From contig JBBSRS010000001.1 in assembly GCA_038242795.1 (NCBI GenBank), positions 1-32,677 of the forward strand: DNA of 32,677 nt, given 5' to 3'. This document shows positions 1 to 7,300 of the stretch, piece by piece (position 1 is the first letter of the stretch; each line of letters starts with the position of its first letter). The translations under genes were made by a program, and so were the position numbers. The notes beneath the pieces are model-generated. The model searched no databases. It had not been told where the DNA came from and worked only from the letters and a program-made list of their open reading frames with translations. This DNA comes from Burkholderiales bacterium. Its GTDB lineage: Bacteria > Pseudomonadota > Gammaproteobacteria > Burkholderiales > Burkholderiaceae_C.

Positions 1-157
1 CGACCAGCCCGGTGTTGGTCAATGTTTCTGCGGCGACACGCGCATGCGGATCCTGCGTGAAGACGGCATCCAGGATGGCGTCTGAAATCTGGTCGGCGAC
101 CTTGTCGGGATGGCCTTCGGAGACGGATTCGGAAGTAAAGAGAAAATCGTTCGCCAT
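1..157 (-). CDS. metK: S-adenosylmethionine synthetase, N-terminal part (runs off window start)
   Basis: Manual translation from ATG 157: [31 protein letters not shown], the MetK N-terminal signature. GGAG RBS at 169-166. Confidence 0.97.
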   Translation of the reverse strand, partial: MANDFLFTSESVSEGHPDKVADQISDAILDAVFTQDPHARVAAETLTNTGLV

Positions 158-209
158 TGCGTACACTCCATAAGTTTTGCTGGCGCGTTGCCAGCAGGAA
201 GTGCTTTGG

Positions 210-269
210 CGAACGCTTTAGCAGTTTGGTTTAATGTCGCACTGCAAGTTGTTCAGTAACTCGGCGACA
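210..269 (-). promoter_or_regulatory. SAM-II-like riboswitch aptamer (H-type pseudoknot) in the metK 5' UTR
   Basis: Minus-strand RNA: UGUCGC-C-GAGUUA-CUGAACAAC-UUGCAG-U-GCGACA-UUAAACCAAACU-GCUAAA-GC-GUUCG. P1 is UGUCGC/GCGACA; UUGC and GCUAAA motifs as in SAM-II; P2a is UGAAC/GUUCG. Lies upstream of SAM synthetase. Confidence 0.7.
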
Positions 270-275
270 GGCGCG

Positions 276-281
276 ATTATA
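276..281 (-). promoter_or_regulatory. sigma70 -10 element for metK
   Basis: Perfect TATAAT on the minus strand, placing the predicted transcription start at about 269, the first base of the aptamer P1. Confidence 0.6.
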
Positions 282-296
282 AGACGCCCCCTTTTT

Positions 297-1184
297 TTGC
301 TTCACGGGCCTGTTAGCACCCTTTTCCTGCTCTGGTTATTCCGTTTTTTTTCCCGCTGGCCGTTGCCGGTGCTGCACGCGCTGGGCGCCGGACTGGGGTG
401 GCTGGTGTGGTGGCTGAGTGCCCGCTACCGTACCCAGTTCCGGGCCAACGTGGCACAGGCCGGCCTGCCGTTTGCAGTAGCCCGTCCGGCGATCGCCGAG
501 GCCGGACGCGTTGTCGGGGAATTGCCCACGCTCTGGATGCGGCCGCGTTCGCAGTCGTGCCTGGGCAATGTCCGCGTCGAAGGCCAGGCGCATGCCGAAA
601 AGGCCTATGCGCAAGGAAAGGGCGTGATATTTTTTGGCCCGCATTGCGGCAGTTTCGAGCTGGGGCCGCAGGCGCTGGCCGAGCTGTACGGGCCGGTCAC
701 CGCCATTTACCGGCCCGCCCGCAAGGCCTGGCTGGCCCGACTCGAAAGCCTGGCCCGCGACCGCCTGAACCTCACCGTCGTGCCGGCCAGCCTGAGCGGC
801 ATCCGGCTGATGCACAAGACGCTGAAGGCCAACCAGGCCGTCGCCATGCTGACCGACCAGGTGCCGCCCGAAGGCTGGGGCGTCTGGGCGCCATTTTTTG
901 GCCGGCCGGCCTACACCATGACGCTGGCCGCCCGACTGGCGCTGCAAACCGGCGCGGTCCTGCTGCCGGTCAGCTGCGAGCGCCTGCCACGCGGCCGTGG
1001 CTATTTTTTGAAGATCTGGCCGGCTGTGCAAGGTCTGGACGCCGTTGAAAAAGGTGAAAAGCCCGACATGCTGCAGGCGGTCACGCGCATCAACCAGGCG
1101 ATCGAGGCCATTGTGCGCAGCCAGCCTGGTCAATACCTCTGGGGCTATGCGCGCTACAAGACACCGCGCAAGGACGCGGTTTGA
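297..1184 (+). CDS. lpxL: Lipid A late acyltransferase, LpxL/HtrB family (lysophospholipid acyltransferase), copy 1
   Basis: N-terminal membrane anchor, HxxxxE motif (PHCGSFE), MLTDQVP, APFFG, C-terminal PGQYLWGYARYK. Start uncertain: TTG 297 chosen because ATG 234 overlaps the metK leader on the other strand. Confidence 0.85.
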   Translation: MLHGPVSTLFLLWLFRFFSRWPLPVLHALGAGLGWLVWWLSARYRTQFRANVAQAGLPFAVARPAIAEAGRVVGELPTLWMRPRSQSCLGNVRVEGQAHAEKAYAQGKGVIFFGPHCGSFELGPQALAELYGPVTAIYRPARKAWLARLESLARDRLNLTVVPASLSGIRLMHKTLKANQAVAMLTDQVPPEGWGVWAPFFGRPAYTMTLAARLALQTGAVLLPVSCERLPRGRGYFLKIWPAVQGLDAVEKGEKPDMLQAVTRINQAIEAIVRSQPGQYLWGYARYKTPRKDAV

Positions 1185-2077
1185 GCAATTTCCGCCCCTC
1201 CATCGGCCATGCGATGACGCGGGTCGGCATTGGCTTCATGAAGGCGCTGGCCTGGCTGCCGCTGCCGGCCGTGCGCGCCCTGGGAACGGTGCTGGGCTGG
1301 GTGCTGTATGGCCTGATCGGTGCGCGACGGCGTGTCGTGCATGCGAACTTCGCGGTGTGCTTTCCGGCGCTTTCCAAGGCCGAGCGGCGCAAGCTGGCGA
1401 TTCAGACCTTTGTCTGTTTTTCACAAGCCTGGCTGGACCGCGCCTGGCTGTGGCATGCGCCTGAAGAATGTGTGCGCCAGCGTGTCCGGCTGACCGGCGC
1501 TGTCCACGAACTGGCCGGCACCGACCCGACGGTGATTTTCCTGCCGCATTTCGTGGGCCTGGACGCGGCGTGGGCGGCCACCGCGCTGGCCATGCCCCGG
1601 CCGTCAACCACGATCTACACCGACCAGTCCAACAAGCTGGTGGACCAGTGGATCCTGCAGGGCCGCCAGCGTTTTGGCCATTTGCGCCTGTTCGGCCGCA
1701 TCGAAGGTGTCAAGCCGATCGTCGCGGCGCTGCGCCAAGGGCAGCCGCTGTATTTGCTGCCCGACATGGATTTTGGCCCGGACGAGTCGGTGTTTGTGCC
1801 GTTTTACGGCGTCACGACCGCCACCGTGCCGTCACTGTCGCGCTTTGCCCGCCTGGGCCGGGCCAAGGTCGTGCCGCTGTTGCCGCGCCTGACGCCTGAC
1901 GGCTATGAGGTGCAGGTGCTGCCGGCCTGGACCGATTTCCCCAGTGGCGACCCGGTGGCTGACACCGCGCTGATGAACGCGCGGCTGCAGGACTACATCG
2001 ACACCATGCCGGCGCAGTATTACTGGGTGCATAAACGCTTCAAGACACGGCCCGAAGGCGAGGCTTCGCTGTACTGA
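1181..2077 (+). CDS. lpxL: Lipid A late acyltransferase, LpxL/HtrB family, copy 2
   Basis: HxxxxD motif (PHFVGLD), LLPDMD, FVPFYG, PAQYYWVHKRFKTRP. TTG start overlaps the upstream stop; alternative ATG at 1214. Confidence 0.88.
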   Translation: MSNFRPSIGHAMTRVGIGFMKALAWLPLPAVRALGTVLGWVLYGLIGARRRVVHANFAVCFPALSKAERRKLAIQTFVCFSQAWLDRAWLWHAPEECVRQRVRLTGAVHELAGTDPTVIFLPHFVGLDAAWAATALAMPRPSTTIYTDQSNKLVDQWILQGRQRFGHLRLFGRIEGVKPIVAALRQGQPLYLLPDMDFGPDESVFVPFYGVTTATVPSLSRFARLGRAKVVPLLPRLTPDGYEVQVLPAWTDFPSGDPVADTALMNARLQDYIDTMPAQYYWVHKRFKTRPEGEASLY

Positions 2078-2102
2078 GCGGATGTTCGCCATGGCGGCTC
2101 GG

Positions 2103-2167
2103 TTTTTAAGCCTTTTGGCGCTGTTGCGCCTTACAGGCATGCATGAGCAGCTATATTTTCAATAGCA
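2103..2167 (-). repeat. 65-bp dispersed intergenic element, copy 1
   Basis: Reverse complement TGCTATTGAAAATATAGCTGCTCATGCATGCCTGTAAGGCGCAACAGCGCCAAAAGGCTTAAAAA aligns without gaps to the copies at 3102, 10439 and 24268. Confidence 0.85.
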
Positions 2168-2187
2168 AATTGAACACAATTACGTGT

Positions 2188-3099
2188 TCAGCTAAGAAAA
2201 TCCTCCAGGTAGCCGATGACCCGTTCGGGTTGCTCGTGCACGATCCAGTGGGTGGCGCCTTCCACGCGATGCAACTGCATCTGCGGCACGAAATCTTCAA
2301 GCCCGTCGAGCAGGGCTGGGGGCAGGGCGGTGTCGTCCAGGGCCCAGATGACCAGCGTCGGCACGTGCACTTCCAGCTTGTCGCGCGGAATCACCACGGC
2401 GGCAGCCGCCGGGTCATGGTGTGGCGCGCCTGGCCGGGGCGGGCGCAATGGCGAGGCGCGGTAGTAATTGAGCGGCCCGGCCAGCCCGGCGCGCCAGATG
2501 TCGCGGTATTTCGCCTTGACGGCGTCGGTCAGCCAGGCGTGCGGTCCGTCGGCGGCGCCCATGGCATTGAAAAATTCCCACAGCCGGCGAAAGTCGTCTT
2601 CGGCCAGCAGCGCTTCGGCATCCGGACGAATCAAAAAATTCATGTAGGCGCTGGCGGCTTGCTGCGCCGGCGAGTGCTGCAGCTCGCGCAAAAAGGTGCC
2701 GGGGTGCGGCGAGTTGATGATGGCGAGCTTTTCCATGCAGCCCGGCGCGCTGGCGGCCAGATTCCAGGCCACGGCGCCGCCCCAGTCGTGTGCGACCAGG
2801 CAGGCCAGCGGCCCGCCTTCGTGTTCAATCAGCGCGGCAACGTCCTGCATCAGATGTTTGGGCCGGTAGTCGGTCACATCGGCCGGCGCGCTGGACGGTC
2901 CGTAGCCGCGCAGGTTGGGGGCGATGCAGCGATAGCCGCCGTTTTCGGGACGCGCGAAATGTTCCAGCAGGCCATCCCAGACAAACGCGGCTTCGGGAAA
3001 CCCGTGCAGGAACATCAGCACCGGCCGACCCCTGGCACCGGTGCAACGGCAGGACAGGGTGATGCCGTGGGGCAGGGCGCAGTCGCTGGTTTCAATCAT
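2188..3099 (-). CDS. Alpha/beta fold hydrolase, epoxide hydrolase-like
   Basis: HGFPE oxyanion motif, nucleophile elbow AHDWGG, NYYRA tyrosine, catalytic His in ATHW. Confidence 0.9.
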   Translation of the reverse strand: MIETSDCALPHGITLSCRCTGARGRPVLMFLHGFPEAAFVWDGLLEHFARPENGGYRCIAPNLRGYGPSSAPADVTDYRPKHLMQDVAALIEHEGGPLACLVAHDWGGAVAWNLAASAPGCMEKLAIINSPHPGTFLRELQHSPAQQAASAYMNFLIRPDAEALLAEDDFRRLWEFFNAMGAADGPHAWLTDAVKAKYRDIWRAGLAGPLNYYRASPLRPPRPGAPHHDPAAAAVVIPRDKLEVHVPTLVIWALDDTALPPALLDGLEDFVPQMQLHRVEGATHWIVHEQPERVIGYLEDFLS

Positions 3100-3101
3100 G
3101 G

Positions 3102-3166
3102 TGCTACTTTATCGATAGCTGCTTGCGCTTGCAGGGCGTGCGCCAGAGCCATTATTTGCTTGAAAT
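3102..3166 (+). repeat. 65-bp dispersed intergenic element, copy 2
   Basis: TGCTACTTTATCGATAGCTGCTTGCGCTTGCAGGGCGTGCGCCAGAGCCATTATTTGCTTGAAAT. Confidence 0.85.
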
Positions 3167-3201
3167 TGAAGCGGTGGATGTTCTGGCTGACGATTAGGCT
3201 G

Positions 3202-3981
3202 TCAGGCTGGATCGGTTGCCGAGGGCAGGAACGCTTGCGGCTCTGCGGGCCGGTCCAGGTCGGCTTCCGCGCCAACTGGTGACTCTGGCGCGGGCCTGGG
3301 CGCCTTGACCGGCTTTTCCTTCGGATGCGCCCAGTCCCACAAATGCTGGGCCACTTCCTCGACGCCCTGGCGCTTCAGCGATGAAAACAGCTTCACGTCG
3401 CCGCCGCCCGCCTGCAGCTTGACGATTTGCAGCGCCTTGGCGGCATCGGTCTTGTTCAGCTTGTCGGACTTGGTCAGCAGCACCAGGAATTTCAGCCCGT
3501 CCTCGACACGCGGCCGGATCACGTCGAGCAGCACTTCGTCGAGCTCCGTCAGGCCCAGGCGCGGGTCGCACAGCAGCACGATGGCCTGCAGGTTGTCGCG
3601 CGTCTGCAGGTAGTTGCCCATCACCTGCTGCCAGCGGTACTTGGCCTCCTTGGGAACGGCGGCGTAGCCATAGCCTGGCAGGTCGGCCAGCACCGCGTCG
3701 GTCACGCCCTGCTTGCCCAGCGAAAACAGGTTGATGCTTTGCGTGCGTCCGGGCGTCTTGGAGGCAAACGCCAGCCGGTGCTGCTGCGTCAGGGTGTTGA
3801 TGCAGGTGGATTTGCCCGCGTTGGAACGGCCCACAAAAGCGATTTCGGGAACCTCGATGCGCGGCAGGTGCTTGAGTTCGGGCGCGGTGGTCAGGAATTT
3901 GGCGGTGTGCAGCCAGCCCATGGCGATCTTCGGATTGGGTTTGTCAGGGGCAGCAAGCGGCAAGGAAGCGGAAGAAGTCAT
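3202..3981 (-). CDS. engB: Ribosome biogenesis GTP-binding protein YihA/YsxC (EngB)
   Basis: G1 GRSNAGKS, G2 SKTPGRT, G3 DLPGYG, G4 TKSD. Start trimmed to ATG 3981. Confidence 0.95.
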   Translation of the reverse strand: MTSSASLPLAAPDKPNPKIAMGWLHTAKFLTTAPELKHLPRIEVPEIAFVGRSNAGKSTCINTLTQQHRLAFASKTPGRTQSINLFSLGKQGVTDAVLADLPGYGYAAVPKEAKYRWQQVMGNYLQTRDNLQAIVLLCDPRLGLTELDEVLLDVIRPRVEDGLKFLVLLTKSDKLNKTDAAKALQIVKLQAGGGDVKLFSSLKRQGVEEVAQHLWDWAHPKEKPVKAPRPAPESPVGAEADLDRPAEPQAFLPSATDPA

Positions 3982-4127
3982 GATGGGGCGATCCCTGAAG
4001 GTCGATGGCTGCGCTGCCGTGGCAGGGCAGGCCGAAAAAATAAAAGTGTGCAAATGGCAGGCGCAAGGCGCGCAGGGCAGGCAATAGCCGTGTTCCAAAT
4101 CCCGATAATAGGGCTTCGCGTCAAGCC

Positions 4128-4137
4128 ATTGTAAAAT
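4128..4137. promoter_or_regulatory. Overlapping divergent -10 elements between engB and cytochrome c4
   Basis: ATTGTAAAAT gives TACAAT on the minus strand (4133-4128) and TAAAAT on the plus strand (4132-4137). Confidence 0.5.
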
Positions 4138-4183
4138 CCCGCTCTACCCAAGTTCTGTGCGCCAACCAATTAAAAGTCCCGAT

Positions 4184-4861
4184 ATGAAGCTGTTCGCTAC
4201 TTCCCTACTGGCCGCCTTGCTGGCCTTGCCCGCCATGTCTTCATTTGCTGCCGGTGAAGCCGCACCGGCGGATGCCGCCCCGGCGCCTGCAGTCGTTGCC
4301 GCAGCGCCGGTCATGGCGGCCAAACCTGACCTGGTCAAGGGAGAAGCCACCTTCACCGCCGTCTGCGCCGCCTGCCATGGTGCCGACGGCAATTCCGGAA
4401 CACCGGCCTATCCCAAGCTGTCCCAGCAGCATCCCGAATACCTGGTCAAGCAGTTGCAGGAATACAAGTCGGGCAAGCGCAAAAATGCCATCATGCAGGG
4501 GTTTGCCGCCACGCTGTCCGATGCCGACATGAAAAACGTGGCCTATTGGGCCACCAGCAAGAAAGCCAAGCCCGGTTTTTCCAAGGAAAAAGAACTGGTC
4601 ACGATGGGTGAGAGGATCTACCGGGGCGGTATCGCCGACCGCCAGATCGCTGCCTGCGCCGGATGCCACAGCCCGACGGGCGGCGGCATCCCCTCGCAGT
4701 ACCCACGCCTGAGCGGCCAGCATTCCGAATACACCGCCGCGCAACTGACCTATTTCCGTGACGGCGTTCGCACCAACAGCCTGCAGATGACCCAGGTGGC
4801 CGCCAAGCTCAACGACAAGGAAATACGGGCAGTTGCCGACTACATCGCCGGCTTGCGTTAA
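4184..4861 (+). CDS. Di-heme cytochrome c4 (c553-type)
   Basis: Sec signal peptide, two CxxCH motifs (CAACH, CAGCH), YPKL/YPRL-xxQH motifs, axial Met in each domain. Confidence 0.93.
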   Translation: MKLFATSLLAALLALPAMSSFAAGEAAPADAAPAPAVVAAAPVMAAKPDLVKGEATFTAVCAACHGADGNSGTPAYPKLSQQHPEYLVKQLQEYKSGKRKNAIMQGFAATLSDADMKNVAYWATSKKAKPGFSKEKELVTMGERIYRGGIADRQIAACAGCHSPTGGGIPSQYPRLSGQHSEYTAAQLTYFRDGVRTNSLQMTQVAAKLNDKEIRAVADYIAGLR

Positions 4862-4973
4862 GGGCTTGAACCTGCGGGTTTGCCATAGTCAGAGGCCAGC
4901 TTCCCCTTTTTGCCGGTTTCCTCCAGAAATCCCTGGCGAGGATTGAACCGAAGCCGAATTCAGCAATCACACC

Positions 4974-5014
4974 AAGGCGGGTCTTTCAAAGGAAAGCCCG
5001 CCTTTTGTTTTTTT
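4974..5014 (+). terminator. Rho-independent terminator after cytochrome c4
   Basis: AAGGCGGG-T-CTTTC-aaag-GAAAG-CCCGCCTT hairpin followed by TTGTTTTTTT. Confidence 0.8.
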
Positions 5015-5065
5015 AGCGTTCATTTCCATGCCACTTACCAAGCCTTCCGGCTTTGAATTTCACGT

Positions 5066-7300
5066 ATGACAGTTTCCACCGAAGGCATGAAGGTCAATTG
5101 GGGCTCGCGCACCCTGCGCGCAGCGGTGGAGCTCCTGTCGTCGATGCGCTTTTCAATTTCGCTGCTGACCGTGATCTGCATTGCGTCGGTGATTGGCACG
5201 GTGCTCAAGCAGCAGGAGCCGCTGGGCAACTACGTCAACCAGTTCGGGCCGTTCTGGGCGCAGGTGTTCAGCCTGGCGAGCCTGAACACGGTCTACAGCG
5301 CCTGGTGGTTCCTGCTGATCCTGGCATTTCTGGTGGTGTCCACGTCCCTGTGCATTGCGCGCAACACGCCCAAGATTTTGAGCGACTTCAACCAGCTCAA
5401 GGAAGACGTGCGCGAGCAAAGCCTCAAGGCCTATGGCCACCGCGCGCAGGCGGGTCTGGCCGAGTCGCCCGAAACGGCCGCGCGGCGCATCGGCCAGACC
5501 TTGGTGCAAAGCGGCTGGAAGGTCAAGCTCCAGCAGCGCAATGCCGGCTGGATGGTCGCCGCCAAAAAAGGCTCGGCCAACAAGCTGGGCTACATCGCGG
5601 CGCACAGCGCCATCGTGCTGATCTGCATCGGCGGCCTGCTTGACGGCGACATGATCGTGCGGGCGCAAATGCTGCTCAACGGCAAGTCCACCTTCACCGG
5701 CGGCGGGCTGATTGCCGATGTGCCCGCCGAGCACCGCCTGAGCGAGCGCAACCCGACCTTTCGCGCCAACCTGCTGGTGGCCGAGGGCACACAGTCGAGC
5801 ACTGCGATCCTGAACCAGCCGGGCGGCATCCTGCTGCAGGAATTGCCTTTTGCCATAGAACTGAAGAAATTCAGCGTCGAGTACTACTCCACCGGCATGC
5901 CCAAGCTGTTTGCCAGCGACATCGTCATCCACGACAAGGCCACCGGCGAGAAGATTCCGCAGCGTGTCGAGGTCAACCACCCGGCCAACTACAAGGGCGT
6001 GGAGATTTACCAGTCCAGCTTTGACGACGGCGGCTCCAGCGTCACGCTGAGTGCGATTCCGATGTCCGCCGCCACCCGGCCTTTTGAAATCCAGGGAACG
6101 ATTGGCGGCAGCAGTGCCCTGACCAATGGCCAGGGCGCTGGTGCCGAGCAGCTCACGCTCGAATACACCGCGCTGCGCGTCATCAATGTCGAGAATTTCG
6201 CCGGTGTTTCGGGTAGTGCCGCAAGCCCGGGCGCCGACGTGCGCAAGGTGGACCTGCACAAGGCGATTGAAACGCGGCTCGGTGCGGCCAACAAGACCGT
6301 GACCCAGAAGCAATTGCGAAACGTCGGGCCCAGCGTGAGTTACAAGCTGCGCGATGCCGCCGGCCAGGCGCGCGAGTTCCAGAACTACATGCTGCCCGTC
6401 AAGATGGACGACAACCCCGACACCCCCCCCATGTTCCTGATGGGGGTGCGCGAGAACACGGTGGATGCCTTCCAGTATTTGCGCATACCCGCCGATCCGG
6501 AAAGCAGCACGGCGACCTTTGTTCGCCTGCGCGCCGCGCTGGCGGATCCGGCGCAGCGCGACCTGGCGGTCAGGCGTTACACGCGTCTGGCCGTTGGCAC
6601 GGACCGCCCGGAACTAGCACAGCAACTGAACGAGTCGGCCTCGCGGGCACTGGCGCTGTTTGCCGGTGCGGGCGCTGCCCCTGTGGCGCCTGCCGATGCA
6701 CCTGGCGGCAAGGCCGTGCCGGTTGCCGGACTGCAGGCGATTTCGGACTTCATGGAGGCCAATGTGCCCCAGGCCGAGCGTGAGCGCGCCGGCGAAGTGC
6801 TGGTCAGGATCCTCAATGGCGTGCTGTTCGAGCTGACGTCGATGACGCGCGAACAGGCCAGCCTCAAGCCTTTGCCGCAGGATGAAAAAACGCAGGCCTT
6901 CATGTCGCAGATGGTGCTGAGCCTGTCGGATGCGCCGCATTACCCGGCGCCGATGGCGTTCGAACTGAAGGACTTCAAGCAGGTCCAGGCCAGTGTTTTC
7001 CAGGTGGCGCGGGCGCCAGGCAAAACCATCGTTTACTTGGGCTGCGCCTTTTTGATCCTGGGTATCTTCGCCATGCTGTACATCCGCGAGCGCCGGGTAT
7101 GGGTCTGGCTGGCGCCGCTGGCGTCTGCCCCTGCAACCGGCAATGCTGATTCCGCAGGCGGCATCGAGACCATGCATTCGGTGTCAGAATCTGCCCAAAA
7201 CAGCCAGGCCACCATGGCCTTGTCCACCAACCGCAAAACCATGGATGGCGACAAGGAATTTGAGATGTTGAAAACAAAATTGTTGCAGGCGCCCCAATGA
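5066..7300 (+). CDS. resB: Cytochrome c biogenesis protein ResB (System II)
   Basis: LLSSMRFSISLL...SVIGT N-terminus, VYSAWWF, conserved His in AAHS, VNHP...YQSSF, large periplasmic domain, C-terminal TM helix. Confidence 0.93.
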   Translation: MTVSTEGMKVNWGSRTLRAAVELLSSMRFSISLLTVICIASVIGTVLKQQEPLGNYVNQFGPFWAQVFSLASLNTVYSAWWFLLILAFLVVSTSLCIARNTPKILSDFNQLKEDVREQSLKAYGHRAQAGLAESPETAARRIGQTLVQSGWKVKLQQRNAGWMVAAKKGSANKLGYIAAHSAIVLICIGGLLDGDMIVRAQMLLNGKSTFTGGGLIADVPAEHRLSERNPTFRANLLVAEGTQSSTAILNQPGGILLQELPFAIELKKFSVEYYSTGMPKLFASDIVIHDKATGEKIPQRVEVNHPANYKGVEIYQSSFDDGGSSVTLSAIPMSAATRPFEIQGTIGGSSALTNGQGAGAEQLTLEYTALRVINVENFAGVSGSAASPGADVRKVDLHKAIETRLGAANKTVTQKQLRNVGPSVSYKLRDAAGQAREFQNYMLPVKMDDNPDTPPMFLMGVRENTVDAFQYLRIPADPESSTATFVRLRAALADPAQRDLAVRRYTRLAVGTDRPELAQQLNESASRALALFAGAGAAPVAPADAPGGKAVPVAGLQAISDFMEANVPQAERERAGEVLVRILNGVLFELTSMTREQASLKPLPQDEKTQAFMSQMVLSLSDAPHYPAPMAFELKDFKQVQASVFQVARAPGKTIVYLGCAFLILGIFAMLYIRERRVWVWLAPLASAPATGNADSAGGIETMHSVSESAQNSQATMALSTNRKTMDGDKEFEMLKTKLLQAPQ

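Noticed and set aside
234-296. N-terminal extensions in the ORF track for lpxL1 (also engB to 4098, lysA to 12167, pilQ from 18171, aroB from 23035, RAYT from 28203)
   Set aside because: The extensions overlap regulatory regions or neighbouring genes and precede the recognisable family N-termini, so starts were trimmed.
297-2077. Tandem lpxL paralogs as a novel duplication
   Set aside because: Tandem LpxL-family genes are a known betaproteobacterial arrangement, and both copies have intact catalytic motifs.
2143-3282. 379-aa plus-strand ORF, and similar long antisense ORFs (5153-6313, 7786-8841, 10752-11726, 13802-14746, 24302-25207, 27063-28103, 29078-30523)
   Set aside because: They are shadow frames opposite well-supported genes, expected from GC-rich codon bias, and show no recognisable motifs.
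6423-6430. C8 homopolymer in resB as a phase-variation tract
   Set aside because: Short for a GC-rich genome, encodes Thr-Pro-Pro in frame, and lies in a housekeeping gene.
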